Shown piece by piece: positions 1 through 11,540 of a stretch of 64,000 bases of DNA. The DNA comes from an uncultured Acidobacteriota bacterium. Lineage in GTDB: Bacteria > Acidobacteriota > Vicinamibacteria > Vicinamibacterales > SCN-69-37. The notes under the pieces were generated by a model. It was given only the letters and a program-made list of their open reading frames with translations, was not told where the DNA came from and made no database searches. A program made the translations under genes and the position numbers. How positions within the stretch are numbered: the first letter of the stretch is position 1; every line of letters starts with the position of its first letter. The stretch covers positions 522,179 to 586,178 of the forward strand of contig CAWAEG010000001.1 of NCBI GenBank assembly GCA_963780895.1. The letters run 5' to 3'.

Positions 1-866
1 ACCAGCTCGACCTTGTCGAACTGATGTTGCCGGATGAGTCCCCGCACGTCGGCGCCATGGGAACCCGCTTCGCTCCGGAAACAGGGCGTGTACGCCGTGT
101 ACTTCAGCGGCAGCTGCCGGCCGTCGAGGATCTCCTCGCGGTGCAGGTTCGTGAGCGGCACTTCGGCGGTCGGGATCAAATACAGATCCCACTCCCCCGC
201 GATCCGGAAGAGATCCTCCTCGAACTTCGGCAGGTTGCCCGTGCCCGTCAGCGCCGCCGCGTTCACAAGGAACGGCGGCTCCACTTCCTGATACCCGTGC
301 TCGCGCGTGTGCAGATCGAGCATGAACTGGATCAACGCCCGCGCGAGCCGCGCGCCCGCGCCGAGCAGTACCGAAAACCGCGCGCCCGACATGCGCGTCG
401 CGCGCTCGAAGTCGAGAATGCCGAGCGCCTGGCCGATTTCCCAGTGCGGCTTCGGCGCGAAGCTGAATCGCGGCGGGCTTCCCCACTTGTTGATCTCGGC
501 GTTCTCGGCCGACGTCTTCCCGACCGGCACGCTTGCATGCGGCAGGTTCGGCAGCCGGAGCAGCAACGCTTCGCGGCGGGCTTCCACAGTCGCAAGCTCG
601 GCTTCGAGCTCCTTGATCCGCGCGCCGCGCGCCTTGTTCGCCGCGAAAATCGCGCTCGGATCGTGTCCTTCCCGCTTGGCGCGCGCGACCGCTTCGCTCG
701 CCTCGTTCTGCTCGCGCTTGAGGTGTTCGACCGCTGGAATGAGACGCCGCCGCTCAGCCTCGACTTTCGCAACCTCGGCCAATTCCTGGGACAGATCGAC
801 CCCGCGCGTGTTCAGGCGAGATTCGACTTCGGTCAGACGATCTTTCACGAGCACCGGATCGAGCAT
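1..866 (-). CDS. serS: Seryl-tRNA synthetase, N-terminal ~288 codons (gene runs off the window start)
   Basis: Absent from the ORF track because no stop lies in the window. Reverse complement from ATG (866-864) reads [25 protein letters not shown]...[22 protein letters not shown]...[12 protein letters not shown]...[18 protein letters not shown]...[34 protein letters not shown]: the SerRS coiled-coil arm plus class II motifs. The listed + ORF 24..884 is its antisense shadow. Confidence 0.9.
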   Translation of the reverse strand, partial: MLDPVLVKDRLTEVESRLNTRGVDLSQELAEVAKVEAERRRLIPAVEHLKREQNEASEAVARAKREGHDPSAIFAANKARGARIKELEAELATVEARREALLLRLPNLPHASVPVGKTSAENAEINKWGSPPRFSFAPKPHWEIGQALGILDFERATRMSGARFSVLLGAGARLARALIQFMLDLHTREHGYQEVEPPFLVNAAALTGTGNLPKFEEDLFRIAGEWDLYLIPTAEVPLTNLHREEILDGRQLPLKYTAYTPCFRSEAGSHGADVRGLIRQHQFDKVEL

Positions 867-902
867 GAGGTGATCCTAGACTAGACGACCTCGGGTTTCT
901 TT

Positions 903-1805
903 TTGTTGGGGTCTTCGTGGAGTACGATCTCGGCAGTGAAAACCCTCGTGCGCAAAGCCGTCTTCCCCGCCGCCGGCCTCGGCACGCGCTTCCTGCCGGC
1001 CACCAAGGCCCAGCCGAAAGAGATGCTTCCGCTCGTCGACAAGCCGATCATCCAGTACGGCGTCGAAGAAGCGGTGGCGTCCGGCCTGGACGACATCATC
1101 CTCGTCACCGGCCGCGGCAAGAACGCCATCGAGGATCACTTCGACGTCGCCGTCGAGCTCGAGACGTTCCTCGAAGCCCGGGGCAAGCGCGATCTGCTCG
1201 AAGAAATCCGCCAGATCTCGAACATGATCAACGTCGCCTATGTCCGGCAGGGCGAGCCGCTGGGCCTGGGCCACGCCGTGCTCGTCACGCGGCACCTCGT
1301 CGGCAACGAGCCGTTCGCCGTGATTCTGGCCGACGATGTGATCGATGCGACGCCGCCGGCGTTGGCGCAGATGATCGAGGTCTTCGACGAAGTCGGCGGG
1401 CCGGTAATCCTCGTCGAGCGCATTCCGAAGGATCAGATTTCGGGCTACGGGGTCATCGCCGCAGAACCCGTGCGGCCGGGCGTTTACCGGATTCTCGATC
1501 TGGTGGAAAAGCCGGCGCCCGAAAAGGCGCCGTCCGACCTCGCGATCATCGGCCGGTACCTGCTCACCCCGGACATCTTCGACGCGCTCGAGCAGACCGC
1601 GAACGACCACGCCGGCGAAATCCAGCTCACGAACGGCCTCAAGCGGCTGCTCGCCACCCGGCCGCTCTACGCGTGCGAGATCACCGGCACCAGACACGAC
1701 ACCGGCAACAAGCTCGGCTTCCTCAAGGCCGTCGTCTATTTCGCCCTGCGAAGGCCGGACCTGGCCGCCCCGTTCCGTGACTATCTCAAGACTTTGAACC
1801 CGTAG
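903..1805 (+). CDS. galU: UTP--glucose-1-phosphate uridylyltransferase
   Basis: ORF 903..1805. [42 protein letters not shown]...[13 protein letters not shown] is the GalU signature. The in-frame GTG at 936 is a more likely start. Confidence 0.9.
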   Translation: MLGSSWSTISAVKTLVRKAVFPAAGLGTRFLPATKAQPKEMLPLVDKPIIQYGVEEAVASGLDDIILVTGRGKNAIEDHFDVAVELETFLEARGKRDLLEEIRQISNMINVAYVRQGEPLGLGHAVLVTRHLVGNEPFAVILADDVIDATPPALAQMIEVFDEVGGPVILVERIPKDQISGYGVIAAEPVRPGVYRILDLVEKPAPEKAPSDLAIIGRYLLTPDIFDALEQTANDHAGEIQLTNGLKRLLATRPLYACEITGTRHDTGNKLGFLKAVVYFALRRPDLAAPFRDYLKTLNP

Positions 1806-2139
1806 CTTTCTCGGCGGCCGGCTTCGGGCTGTCCTTAGCCGGCTCTTTGGCGGCAGGTTCCGACGTGCTGGCCTTTGAGCTGCTGGTCTCAGCCGTCCCT
1901 GAGGCCGAACCGGTGCCGGTCTCGCTGCCCGACGATCCGGTCGAGTCGGACTTCTCCGCTTTCTTCGCGTAATCAGTGACATACCAGCCCGATCCCTTGA
2001 ACTGGATGGCGGGCGACGAGATTAGCTTCCGGACGACGCCTCCGCATTTCGGGCACTCTCCAACCGGAGGATCGGAGAACTTCTGGATGCGCTCGAAACG
2101 ATTTCCGCAGGCTTCACACTCATATTCGTACAGCGGCAT
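1786..2139 (-). CDS. FmdB-family zinc-ribbon putative regulatory protein
   Basis: [34 protein letters not shown] (CxxC...CxxC) followed by a Ser/Thr/Ala/Lys-rich tail. Its 3' end overlaps the galU 3' end by 20 nt (convergent). Confidence 0.8.
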   Translation of the reverse strand: MPLYEYECEACGNRFERIQKFSDPPVGECPKCGGVVRKLISSPAIQFKGSGWYVTDYAKKAEKSDSTGSSGSETGTGSASGTAETSSSKASTSEPAAKEPAKDSPKPAAEKATGSKS

Positions 2140-2141
2140 AA

Positions 2142-2264
2142 GGACGGATTAGTTTTCCACAGAACGCGGGTTGACGGGGGCAGGGAGCCTTCGTTCGGGT
2201 AACGGCCGGCCTGGTCGCACCCCTGTCACTCGACCCCGTTGTTCTGTGGAAAACTAACCCGTCC
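2142..2264. promoter_or_regulatory. 24-nt inverted repeat forming identical leaders for two divergent genes; each arm carries a DnaA-box-like 9-mer
   Basis: Arms GGACGGATTAGTTTTCCACAGAAC (2142-2165) and GTTCTGTGGAAAACTAACCCGTCC (2241-2264) are 23/24 complementary with a 75-nt spacer. Each arm abuts a start codon (2139 minus, 2267 plus). TTTTCCACA (2153-2161) and TGTGGAAAA (2245-2253) are identical to 9-mers upstream of dnaA. Confidence 0.6.
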
Positions 2265-2266
2265 CC

Positions 2267-3110
2267 ATGCTCTATGTCGTCGCCACCCCCATCGGGAATC
2301 TGGAGGACTTGACGCTCAGGGCGTTGCGGACGCTCCAGGAAGTGGACCTGATTGCGGCAGAGGACACGCGCCGGACCGCCAAACTATTGACCCACTACAA
2401 GATCCGCCGGCCGGTCATCAGCCTGCGAGAGCATAACGAGGTGAGGGAAACGCCCCGGCTTCTTGCGCGCCTGGAGCGGGGGGAGTCCATCGCTCTGGTC
2501 TCGGACGCCGGTACACCGGGTATTTCCGATCCGGGCGCCAGGCTGGTCAGATCCGCTCGCGAACGGAACATCCCAGTGACGCCGATTCCTGGGCCCAGCG
2601 CCGTTGCAGCTGCCATCTCCGCATCGGGATTCCCGGGACGACGAGTTCGTCTTTCTCGGCTTTCCGCCGCGGGGCGGAGAGGCGAGGAGGGAATGGTTTG
2701 CAAAGCTCCAGGAAGAGAATCGGACGACGGTTTTCTTCGAATCGCCTCATCGGATCCGGCAGACCCTGACCGAAACCCAGACTATATTGGGTGAAAGACC
2801 AATTGGCGTGGCCAGAGAGCTCACGAAGCTGCATGAACAATGGGTCGAATCACCAATTAAGACGCCTGAACTCAAGGACGCCGGTGAATTCACCGTTCTC
2901 GTCTCCCCCTCCGCCAGCGTTGAGGATCCGACGCGGGCCGTCGATGCAGGTGCAGTGATCGAATTATTTGGTCGATTGACAAATATGGCTGGGGTTGAGG
3001 ACTCGATGGCGCTGGAATTCGTTGCGACAGCCTTTTCCGTCCGAGTCTCGTCCGTCCGGAAAATAATTAAGAAACACAAAATTTCTGTTAAACGACATGT
3101 TCAGAGGTGA
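2267..3110 (+). CDS. rsmI: 16S rRNA (cytidine1402-2'-O)-methyltransferase RsmI, reading frame broken by a 1-nt indel
   Basis: ORFs 2267..2794 and 2604..3110 together read [37 protein letters not shown]...[12 protein letters not shown]...SGFP | [11 protein letters not shown]...[11 protein letters not shown]...ARELTKLHE. The frame changes inside the CCCGGG run at 2632-2637. Confidence 0.85.
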
Positions 3111-3175
3111 CCTTGACCTCGATCGGTTGCTTTTGCTAACGTCGCGGCTCCTTTTACCTTCAAAAACGGAGGCCT

Positions 3176-3862
3176 TTGACGACCAAGCGCCCCCGGCCGG
3201 GCCGTGGGCCGACCAATCGGAAGCCGCGCGCGCCAGAGCGCAGGCACAGTCCCAGATCGGTCCGTGCGCGTGCGACGGCCGATCGTCCGACTGGTCCGCC
3301 CGCACCTCTACCGCCGCCGCCTGGACCGCCGGCCGAAGCAGTGGCGACGTTCGAAGGCGCGATGCAGGCGCTCCAGCGGCATTCCTATCAGGACGCCGCC
3401 CGAGGGTTCCGGAATCTGATTGAGCGGTATCCAACCGAACGAGCGTTGCTTGAGAGGTCGCGCGTCTACCTCGAGCTCTGCGATCGCGAGATACAGCGTC
3501 AACCCACGGTCCCGAGCACTCTCGAGGAACACCTGACCGCGGCGACCGCAGCGCTGAACAACGGAGAGGATGAGGAGGCCGAACGGCTGGCTCAGGTCGT
3601 CCTGGCTGAAGATTCCGAGCATGACCTTGCCCTGTACTTGCTGGCGGTCATCGAAGCCCGGCGTGGATCCGCGGAAACCGCGCTCTCGTACCTCGAAAAA
3701 GCGGTCGAAATCTCACCGGAGGCCGGCGCCCAGGCCAGATTCGACGGCGACTTCGAGTCCTTGCGGGACACCGAAACATTCAGGCGTTTGACCGAACCGC
3801 CATCCAACTCCACAACTCCTTCGCAATACCGTCGAGCAAGGCGAGGCCGGGGCGAGAGATAA
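3176..3862 (+). CDS. Hypothetical TPR-like protein with Arg/Pro-rich N-terminus
   Basis: ORF with helical-repeat-like sequence (FEGAMQALQRHSYQDAARGFRNLIERYP...ALYLLAVIEARRGSAETALSYLEKAVEISPE). No specific family was recognised. Confidence 0.55.
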   Translation: MTTKRPRPGRGPTNRKPRAPERRHSPRSVRARATADRPTGPPAPLPPPPGPPAEAVATFEGAMQALQRHSYQDAARGFRNLIERYPTERALLERSRVYLELCDREIQRQPTVPSTLEEHLTAATAALNNGEDEEAERLAQVVLAEDSEHDLALYLLAVIEARRGSAETALSYLEKAVEISPEAGAQARFDGDFESLRDTETFRRLTEPPSNSTTPSQYRRARRGRGER

Positions 3863-3876
3863 TTCGGGATCGGGCA

Positions 3877-5289
3877 ATGCCCTTATTCGTCGTCATTCTC
3901 GCGGCCGGTAAAGGGACCCGTATGAAGTCGGGCCGGGCCAAGGTGCTCCACAACCTGGCCGGACGTCCGATGATCCAGCACGTGCTCCGGACGGTTGATG
4001 CGCTCAAGGCCACCAAGACGGTTCTCGTCATTGGCCATGGGGCAGACGAGGTGAAGGCGGCGCTCGGCGGACGGCCCGATCTCGAGTTCGTCGTCCAGTC
4101 GCCGCAGCTCGGCACGGGCCACGCGCTGCTTCAGGCTGAACCGTTGCTGGCGGGGAAGTCGGGCGCCGTTCTGCTGCTCTATGCCGATGTCCCGCTCCTC
4201 GAGGCCGGAACGCTGACGCGGCTCCTCGAGACACACGCGGGGGCGCGAGCAGTCGCGACCATCCTCACGACCGTCGTCGAGGAACCGGATGGCTATGGCC
4301 GCATCGTCCGCGATGAGGCCGGCCAGGTGCAGCGCATCGTCGAGGAGCGCGACGCCTCCGGGGAAGAGCGGGACCTCAGGGAAATCAACAGCGGCATTTA
4401 CGCCTTTTCGCTCGCGCCGCTCTTCGAGTCGCTGCACCAGTTGGCGACAGACAACGCGCAGGGCGAGTACTACCTGACCGATCTCATTGCGCTGTACCGC
4501 CAGCGGAACCTTGCGGTGGCCACGCTCTGCCTCGACCGCGCCGACGAACTGCGCGGTGTGAACACGCGCGTGGATCTGGCCGACATCACCACGATCATGC
4601 GGGCCCGCAAGAATCGCGCGGTGATGCTGGCAGGCGCGACGCTCGACGATCCGTCAACCACCGCAATCGACGACGATGTCACGATTGGCGCGGATACCAT
4701 CGTCGGCCGCGGCGTGGCGCTCGAAGGCCGCACCACCATCGGCGAGGGATGCCGCATCCACGCCAATGTGCGCCTGACGAACGCGACAATTGGCGATCGC
4801 GTGACCATCCTCGACCATTCGGTGATCGTCGATTCGTCGGTGGCGGACGGCGCGGCGGTCGGTCCGTTCGCGCACGTGCGGCCTGGGTCGGACATCCAGC
4901 AGGATGCGCGGGTCGGCAACTTCGTCGAGCTCAAGAAGACACGTCTCGGCCGCGGCTCGAAGGCCAATCACCTGGCCTATCTCGGTGACGCGACCATCGG
5001 CGAGAAGGTCAACGTCGGCGCAGGGACGATCACCTGCAACTACGACGGCGAGACGAAACATCCCACCGTGATCGAAGACGGCGTGTTCATCGGGAGCGAC
5101 TCGCAGCTCATCGCGCCCGTGACGATCGGCAAGGGCGCGTATGTCGCCGCCGGATCGTCGATTACCGACGACGTGCCGGCGGACGCACTCGGCATCGCGC
5201 GCGCCCGTCAGGAGAACAAGCCTGGCTGGGTGGCGGCGCGTAAGGCGCGCCGGCCGGCGCCGAAGCACGCCCCGAAAGAGACTCGCTGA
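3877..5289 (+). CDS. glmU: Bifunctional GlcNAc-1-phosphate uridyltransferase / GlcN-1-phosphate acetyltransferase
   Basis: [36 protein letters not shown]..., followed by C-terminal hexapeptide-repeat (LbH) sequence ...[28 protein letters not shown]. Confidence 0.93.
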   Translation: MPLFVVILAAGKGTRMKSGRAKVLHNLAGRPMIQHVLRTVDALKATKTVLVIGHGADEVKAALGGRPDLEFVVQSPQLGTGHALLQAEPLLAGKSGAVLLLYADVPLLEAGTLTRLLETHAGARAVATILTTVVEEPDGYGRIVRDEAGQVQRIVEERDASGEERDLREINSGIYAFSLAPLFESLHQLATDNAQGEYYLTDLIALYRQRNLAVATLCLDRADELRGVNTRVDLADITTIMRARKNRAVMLAGATLDDPSTTAIDDDVTIGADTIVGRGVALEGRTTIGEGCRIHANVRLTNATIGDRVTILDHSVIVDSSVADGAAVGPFAHVRPGSDIQQDARVGNFVELKKTRLGRGSKANHLAYLGDATIGEKVNVGAGTITCNYDGETKHPTVIEDGVFIGSDSQLIAPVTIGKGAYVAAGSSITDDVPADALGIARARQENKPGWVAARKARRPAPKHAPKETR

Positions 5290-5291
5290 AC

Positions 5292-7140
5292 ATGTGCGGC
5301 ATCGTCGGTTACGTCGGTCCCAAACCAGTGCTGCCCGTGTTGATGGATGGGCTGCGTCGCCTCGCATATCGCGGGTACGACTCGGCGGGCATCGCGCTCG
5401 TCCGCGACGGCCAGCTGCAGATTCGGCGCAGCGCCGGCAAGCTCGCCAATCTCGAGGAGGTGCTCGAGCGTGATCCCATCCAGGGCGAATTCGGCATCGG
5501 ACACACGCGCTGGGCAACGCACGGCCGTCCCACGGAAGAGAATGCGCATCCGCACCGCGACTGCAAGAACCGCGTCGTCGTCGTGCACAACGGGATCATC
5601 GAGAACTACCTGGAGCTCAAGCGCGAGCTGAAGGCGGCCGGGCACACGTTCGTCACCGAGACCGACACGGAAGTCGTCGCCCACCTCGTCGAGAAGGAGA
5701 GCCGCGGCGACGGCCTGCCGGCCGCGGTGCGTCGCGCGCTCGCGCACATCAAAGGGCTGTTCGCCCTCGTCCTGATTTCGGCGGACGATCCCGGAACGAT
5801 CGTCGCCGTCCGCAACGGCCCGCCGGTCGTCGTCGGCCTCGGCGACGGCGAGTTCTTCGTGGCCTCCGATATTCCCGCGATCCTCGCACACACACGCAAG
5901 ATCGTGTTCCTCGACGATCGGGAGATCGCGGTCGTCAAGCGCGACGGCGTCGTATTCACCGATTTCAACGACCGGAAGATCGACAAGGCCCCGCAGCACA
6001 TCAGCTGGGATCCCGTCATGGCGGAGAAGGCGGGTTATCCGCACTTCATGCTCAAAGAGATCCACGAGCAGCCGTGGGCCGTGCGCGAGACCGGTACTCG
6101 GCCGCACGTCGGTCGAGTCAGGGAGGGTGTTTCTCGAAGAAATGCAGATCGATCCGGATACGTTCCGGGCCATCGATCGCGTCGTCATCCTGGCCTGCGG
6201 CACCTCGTGGCACGCGGGTCTGGTGGGGAAGTTCCTGATCGAGGAGCTGGCCAGGATTCCGGTGGAGGTCGATTACAGCTCGGAGTTCCGGTACCGCGAG
6301 CCGATCGTGAACGACCGCACGCTCGCCATCGTCATCACCCAGTCGGGCGAAACGGCGGATACGCTCGGCGCGCTGCGCGAAGCCAAATCGCGCGGCGCCC
6401 GCAGCATCGCGATCTGCAACGTCGTCGGCAGCATGGCGACGCGTGAGGCGGACGGCACCGTCTACACACACGCCGGGCCGGAAATCGGCGTGGCGTCCAC
6501 GAAGGCGTTCACCTCCCAGCTCGTCGCGCTGCACCTGCTCGCGATCGCGATCGGCCAGGCGCGCGGCGCGCTCTCGCCCGACGCCGCGCGACCGCTGCTG
6601 CACGAGCTCGATCAGCTGCCGCTGCGGATTGAGGAAGCGCTGAAGTTGAACGACCGCATCAAGGAACTGGCGGCCTCGCTGCGCCATCACCGCGACTTCC
6701 TCTACCTGGGCCGCGGAATCAACTATCCGATTGCGCTCGAAGGCGCGCTGAAACTGAAAGAGATTTCGTACATCCACGCCGAAGGCTATCCGGCGGGCGA
6801 GATGAAGCACGGCCCGATCGCGCTCATCGACGACGACCTGCCGGTGGTCGCGCTCGCGGCCGACGACGTGGTGTTCGAGAAGGCCATCAGCAACATCCAG
6901 GAAGCCAAGTCACGCGGCGGACACGTGATCGTCGTCACCAACGCCGGCAAGCGGCGGGCGTTCGACGAGATCCTGGACCCGGCGAAAGACGTCATCCTCG
7001 AGGTGCCGGACGCGCACCCGCTGATGCTGCCGGTGCTGATGGTGATTCCGCTGCAGCTCCTCGCGTATCACGTGGCGGTCAAGCGGGGATGCGACGTCGA
7101 TCAGCCGAGGAATCTGGCGAAGAGCGTGACGGTGGAATGA
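5292..7140 (+). CDS. glmS: Glutamine--fructose-6-phosphate aminotransferase, reading frame broken by a 1-nt indel
   Basis: ORF 5292..6446 starts MCGIVGYVG...[11 protein letters not shown]...[16 protein letters not shown] 6127..7140 supplies ([12 protein letters not shown])FLEEMQ...[11 protein letters not shown]...QSGETADT...KSVTVE. An extra base at about 6093 (ACC G GTA) separates the two frames. Confidence 0.9.
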
Positions 7141-7143
7141 GAT

Positions 7144-7194
7144 GACCTCCGAGGTCATTTTCGACTGCAACTCGCGAAAATGACCTCGGAGGTC
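7144..7194. terminator. Bidirectional hairpin: 20-bp perfect inverted repeat of the GACCTCGGAGGTC element
   Basis: GACCTCCGAGGTCATTTTCG (7144-7163) and CGAAAATGACCTCGGAGGTC (7175-7194) are exact reverse complements with an 11-nt loop. The hairpin lies between convergent glmS (stop 7138-7140) and the leuA-like gene (stop 7201-7203). Confidence 0.75.
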
Positions 7195-7200
7195 TTGTCT

Positions 7201-8415
7201 TCACACCCCGAACCCGTACCCCGCCTCGTGCAGCACCGCCTCGCGACCTCGCTGAGCCCGCGGCGTGCCTGATACGTCCGCGGCGATATCCAGCAGATCC
7301 TCGTCGGTGATGTGTTTGGTCCGGTCCGCCTGCGCGACCATGCGGCGGTAGACCTGGTCGAGCTCGTGACGCGAGAGCGTCAGGCCCAGCTGTTCGCAGC
7401 GTTTCTGCACCGCGTGGCGGCCTGAGTGCTTGCCGAGCACCAGCGTCGTCTGCGGGACGCCGACGTCTTCGGGCCGCATGATCTCGTACGTCCGCCGGTC
7501 CTTGAGCATCCCGTCCTGGTGGATGCCGGCTTCGTGCGCGAAGGCGTTGCGGCCGACGACGGCCTTGTTGGCCTGGACCAGCTCGCCGGTGAGCTCGCTG
7601 AGGAGCTGGCTCGCGGCGTACAGCTCGCGGGTGTTGATCGAGGTCTCGACAGGCACGCGGTCCGGACGCACGCGGCTGATCATCACGATCTCTTCGAGCG
7701 ACGCGTTGCCCGCGCGTTCGCCAATCCCGTTGATGGTGCACTCCACCTGCCGCACGCCCGCGCCGATCGCGGCGATCGTGTTCGCAACGGCGAGTCCCAG
7801 GTCGTCGTGGCAGTGCGCGCTGAAGATGGCGCGATCCGCATTCGGGACCCGCCCGATCACGGTCCGGAAGAACTCGCCGATTTCGTCCGGCGTCGAGTAG
7901 CCGACCGTGTCAGGGAGATTGATCGTGCCCGCGCCGGCGTCGATGACCGCCTCGATGAGGCGGCACAGGAAATCGAGATCGCTTCGCGTCGCATCCTCCG
8001 CGGAGAACTCGACGTCGTCGGTGTACGACCGCGCGCGGGCCACGGCGTCGACCGCGGCCGCGAAACAGGTTTCGCGGCTCATGCGGAGCTTGCGCGACAG
8101 GTGCAGGTCGGACGTCGCGATGAACGTGTGGATCCGGCCGCGGCGGGCCGGCGCGATAGCCCAGGCCGCGCGGTCGATGTCCCCCGCGGCGCAGCGGGCA
8201 AGGGCGGCCACGACCGGGCGCTCGAGCGCCTGCGCGACCCGCCGGACCGCCTCCGCGTCGGACTCCGACGCGATGGGGAAGCCGGCCTCGACGATGTCCA
8301 CCCCCAGCGCCTCGAGCAGGCGGGCCATCTGGACTTTCTCGTCGACCCTGAGGGAGAACCCGGGCGCCTGTTCGCCGTCCCGGAGGGTGGTGTCGAACAC
8401 GATCAGTCGATCCAT
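7201..8415 (-). CDS. 2-isopropylmalate synthase / homocitrate synthase family protein (short form)
   Basis: ORF 7201..8454. The likely start is the internal Met at 8415 ([22 protein letters not shown]...). HMGL-like TIM-barrel motifs are present ([22 protein letters not shown]). The gene is clustered with leuC/leuD and a LysR regulator. Confidence 0.8.
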   Translation of the reverse strand: MDRLIVFDTTLRDGEQAPGFSLRVDEKVQMARLLEALGVDIVEAGFPIASESDAEAVRRVAQALERPVVAALARCAAGDIDRAAWAIAPARRGRIHTFIATSDLHLSRKLRMSRETCFAAAVDAVARARSYTDDVEFSAEDATRSDLDFLCRLIEAVIDAGAGTINLPDTVGYSTPDEIGEFFRTVIGRVPNADRAIFSAHCHDDLGLAVANTIAAIGAGVRQVECTINGIGERAGNASLEEIVMISRVRPDRVPVETSINTRELYAASQLLSELTGELVQANKAVVGRNAFAHEAGIHQDGMLKDRRTYEIMRPEDVGVPQTTLVLGKHSGRHAVQKRCEQLGLTLSRHELDQVYRRMVAQADRTKHITDEDLLDIAADVSGTPRAQRGREAVLHEAGYGFGV

Positions 8416-8453
8416 AGGGGTGTCAGTCTCCGTCGCAGCCCGCCCAAAAGTCA

Positions 8454-8488
8454 AAGTTATGAAACTTAGGTTAGTAGTGTAATAACTT
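8454..8488. promoter_or_regulatory. AT-rich divergent promoter region with inverted repeat AAGTTAT-N21-ATAACTT (possible LysR-type operator)
   Basis: Read directly: AAGTTAT (8454-8460) and ATAACTT (8482-8488), between the leuA-like gene and the divergent LysR gene. Assigning it to LysR binding is inference. Confidence 0.35.
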
Positions 8489-8495
8489 ATCGGTC

Positions 8496-9464
8496 GTGAC
8501 CTTCGAAGACTTGCGGGTCTTCGCCGCCGTGGCGGCCGAACGCAGCTTTTCCCGCGCGGCCCGCAAGTTGCGGCGGACCCAGCCGGCGGTGAGCCAGGCG
8601 ATCCGCCGGCTCGAAGACGCGGTGGGTGAGCGGCTCATCGACCGCGCCTCCCGGGACGGCACGCTGACCGACGCCGGGGAGCTCCTGCTCGACTATGCCG
8701 GCCGGCTGCTGAGGCTTGCCGACGAGGCCGCGGGCGCCGTCGTCGATCTCCGGGACATCCGGAAGGGGCGCGTGCTCATCGGGGCGAATGAGGGCGGCGT
8801 CCACGCCGTGCTGCCGGTCATCGGTGCGTTCCAGCAGCAGCATCCGGCGATCGTGGTCGACGTGCGCCGGATTCCGTCGCGTCAGATGGCGCAGGAGGTG
8901 ATGCTGCGAACGGTGGACTTCGGCGTGCTGACGTTCAACCCGTCCGAGCGTGAGCTCTCGTCCATTCTCCTCGGCACGGACGAGCTGGTTCTGCTCGTCA
9001 GACCCGATCATCCGCTCGCCGGCCGTGGCGAAATCACGATGGAGGAGATGGGACGCCAGGCCGTCATCGCGCACAACGATCCGTCGCCGGCGCGAGAGCG
9101 CGTGCTGCGCTTGTACGAACAGCGGCACGCGCCGCTCAACATCCGGATGTCGTTGCCCAGCCTCGACGGCATCAAGCGCGCGGTCGAGATGGGGCTCGGC
9201 GTCGCGCTGTTGCCGCGCCGGTGCGCGCAGGGCGAAATCGCGCGCGGTCAACTGGCCGAGATCCGCGTCCCGGAATTGCGATCGCCGCGGCAGGTGCGAT
9301 TCGTCTTCCGGAAGGACGGCGACAGGTCACACGCCGCCGTCGCGTTTCTGACCGTCGCACGATCGGTCAGCCGGAGCGGAGGATGGGGTGACGCGCGGCC
9401 CGAGTCAGGCCAAGGGCGAAAGGCCGAAGGCGAACGGGTCAAGGCCCAAGCAAGGCCGAAGTAA
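8496..9464 (+). CDS. LysR-family transcriptional regulator
   Basis: [50 protein letters not shown] (wHTH) plus a LysR substrate-binding domain. The last ~20 codons ([20 protein letters not shown]) are encoded by a dispersed repeat, so the annotated C-terminus is uncertain. Confidence 0.85.
   Translation: MTFEDLRVFAAVAAERSFSRAARKLRRTQPAVSQAIRRLEDAVGERLIDRASRDGTLTDAGELLLDYAGRLLRLADEAAGAVVDLRDIRKGRVLIGANEGGVHAVLPVIGAFQQQHPAIVVDVRRIPSRQMAQEVMLRTVDFGVLTFNPSERELSSILLGTDELVLLVRPDHPLAGRGEITMEEMGRQAVIAHNDPSPARERVLRLYEQRHAPLNIRMSLPSLDGIKRAVEMGLGVALLPRRCAQGEIARGQLAEIRVPELRSPRQVRFVFRKDGDRSHAAVAFLTVARSVSRSGGWGDARPESGQGRKAEGERVKAQARPK
9405..9461. repeat. Copy of the TCAGGCC(C)AAGGG-GAAAGGCC-AAGG motif
   Basis: TCAGGCCAAGGGCGAAAGGCCGAAGGCGAACGGGTCAAGGCCCAAGCAAGGCCGAAG closely resembles the 32-nt arms at 11541 and 11952. 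Confidence 0.6.
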
Positions 9465-10083
9465 CGGCTAAAACCCTTGCATGTACGGCAATCGCTGCGG
9501 CTGTACGTTCAACCTCGGCGTAATTCTCTAAGAGGAGCGCGGTGGCGTCCCAGGTCCCGGAGACCAGCGCGCGCCGGGCGCTCTCGGGAAGGTCGATCTC
9601 CGCGGCAAATGATCCTGACGAGACCCGCTTGGCGTCGAGATCGACGTCAATCTGCGCATCGGCCGACGCATCGGCAATGGCCATGAGCCGGGCGACGTCG
9701 GTCTGAGACGCCGTGACGCACGGCAAGCCGATCGTCAGCCCGTTCGTGAAAAAGATCTCCGCGAACGACTCGCCGATGACGACTCGTATCCCGCGGCGAA
9801 GGATGGCCTGCGGCGCGTGTTCGCGCGACGAGCCACACCCAAAATTCACGTTCACGATCAACACGCGCGCATGCCGTCTCGACTCGTCTTCGAACGGATG
9901 TGTCTCCCCGCGTCCGGCGGCTTCGCGGCGATCGTCTTCGAACAGGTGCTGCTCGAGGCCTTCGAAGGTGACGGCCCGGAGAAATCGCGCCGGCAGGATG
10001 CGATCGGTGTCGATGTCGTTGCCGCGGACGACGATCGCGGCGCCGGAGGCGCGCTCGATGCGGGGGAGTTCAGTCATTGGCAC
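9439..10083 (-). CDS. leuD: 3-isopropylmalate dehydratase small subunit
   Basis: ...[19 protein letters not shown]...[20 protein letters not shown]... is the aconitase swivel domain. The gene overlaps leuC by 14 nt. Confidence 0.88.
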   Translation of the reverse strand: MPMTELPRIERASGAAIVVRGNDIDTDRILPARFLRAVTFEGLEQHLFEDDRREAAGRGETHPFEDESRRHARVLIVNVNFGCGSSREHAPQAILRRGIRVVIGESFAEIFFTNGLTIGLPCVTASQTDVARLMAIADASADAQIDVDLDAKRVSSGSFAAEIDLPESARRALVSGTWDATALLLENYAEVERTAAAIAVHARVLAVTSALLGP

Positions 10084-11491
10084 CCCCGGCCGCAGTCCAG
10101 CCGCGAACGTCTACGACTTCGCCTGCAACGGCGGCGGCGGCCACCATCGCCGGGCTCATGAGCAGCGTACGGCCCGTGGGGCTTCCCTGGCGGCCTTTGA
10201 AATTCCGGTTCGACGATGACGCGCAGACCTCGCGGCCCTGGAGCTTGTCGGGATTCATGCCGAGGCACATCGAGCACCCGGCGTCGCGCCAGTCGAAGCC
10301 GGCATCGCGAAAGACCTCGTGGAGCCCTTCGCGCTCGGCCGCGGCGCGGACCGCCTGAGACCCGGGCACGACCATCGCGCGCACGTGCGGCGCGACGCGG
10401 TGTCCGGCGACGATCCGCGCGGCCTCGCGGAGGTCGGACAGCCGGGCGTTGGTGCACGACCCGATGAACGCGACGTCGATGCGCGTGCCGGTCATCAGGG
10501 CGCCGGCTCGCAGTCCCATGAACTCCAGGGCTTCCTGCATGCCCGCCCGGTCGGGCTCGCGCGCGGCGGCCGGATCGGGAAGGGGCCTATCGACCGGAAC
10601 GGACTGGCCGGGATTGATGCCCCATGTCACCGTCGGCGCGATGTCTTCGGCGCGCAGAACGACGACGTCGTCCCAGGCCGCGCCGTCATCTGAGGCGAGT
10701 TCCCTCCACCACTGACAGGCGCGCTCGAACGCGTCCCCCTGCGGCGCGAATCGCCGGCCGCGCAGGTATGCGAACGTCGTCTCGTCCGGATTGACGTAGC
10801 CCGCCCGCGCGCCACCTTCGATCGACATGTTGCAGATGGTCATCCGCTCGTCCATCGACATCCGGTCGATGGCGGTGCCGGCATATTCGTACGCGAATCC
10901 CGCCCCGCCTTTCACGCCAAGGCGTCCGATGATCGTGAGCACGACGTCTTTCGCGTACACGTGCGGCGCCAGTTGGCCGTTGACGTCGATCCGGCGGACT
11001 TTGGGCGGCGACATCGCCAGCGACTGCGAGGCCAGGACGTCGCGTACCTGCGACGTGCCGATGCCAAACGCGAGCGCGCCGAACGCGCCGTGCGTCGACG
11101 TGTGGCTGTCGCCGCAGGTGATCGTCATCCCCGGTTGAGTGAGCCCCAGTTCCGGGCCGATCACGTGCACGATGCCCTGCGCGCCGCTCGCCAGGTCGAA
11201 CAGCGTGATCCCGTGCTCGCGGCAGTTTCGCTCGAGCGCCGACGTCATCGTCTCCGCCATGCCATCGGCGAACGGCCGGATCTGCGATCGCGTCGGCACG
11301 ATGTGATCGATGGTGGCGAACGTGCGCTCCGGTGCCCGCACGCGCCAGCCGCGCGTGTTGAGCTCGTCAAATGCCTGTGGACTCGTGACTTCATGGACGA
11401 GGTGCAGGCCGACATAGAGCTGGGTCTGGCCGTTCGGCAGCCGGCGGACCGCGTGGAGGTCCCAGACCTTCTGGAAGAGTGTCGACGGCAT
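10070..11491 (-). CDS. leuC: 3-isopropylmalate dehydratase large subunit
   Basis: [15 protein letters not shown]...[13 protein letters not shown]...[23 protein letters not shown]...[13 protein letters not shown]...[10 protein letters not shown]. Confidence 0.93.
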   Translation of the reverse strand: MPSTLFQKVWDLHAVRRLPNGQTQLYVGLHLVHEVTSPQAFDELNTRGWRVRAPERTFATIDHIVPTRSQIRPFADGMAETMTSALERNCREHGITLFDLASGAQGIVHVIGPELGLTQPGMTITCGDSHTSTHGAFGALAFGIGTSQVRDVLASQSLAMSPPKVRRIDVNGQLAPHVYAKDVVLTIIGRLGVKGGAGFAYEYAGTAIDRMSMDERMTICNMSIEGGARAGYVNPDETTFAYLRGRRFAPQGDAFERACQWWRELASDDGAAWDDVVVLRAEDIAPTVTWGINPGQSVPVDRPLPDPAAAREPDRAGMQEALEFMGLRAGALMTGTRIDVAFIGSCTNARLSDLREAARIVAGHRVAPHVRAMVVPGSQAVRAAAEREGLHEVFRDAGFDWRDAGCSMCLGMNPDKLQGREVCASSSNRNFKGRQGSPTGRTLLMSPAMVAAAAVAGEVVDVRGWTAAGGAND

Positions 11492-11540
11492 CGGCAGTGG
11501 GGATCGTATCAGCGAGCGGGTACGGCCGTTGCTACGGAGG

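Noticed and set aside
24-884. 286-aa + strand ORF at the window start
   Set aside because: It is antisense to a clear seryl-tRNA synthetase reading frame that runs off the window edge, and it has Arg-rich shadow composition.
5289-5292. glmS ribozyme upstream of glmS
   Set aside because: glmS starts 2 nt after the glmU stop, so there is no leader in which a ribozyme could reside.
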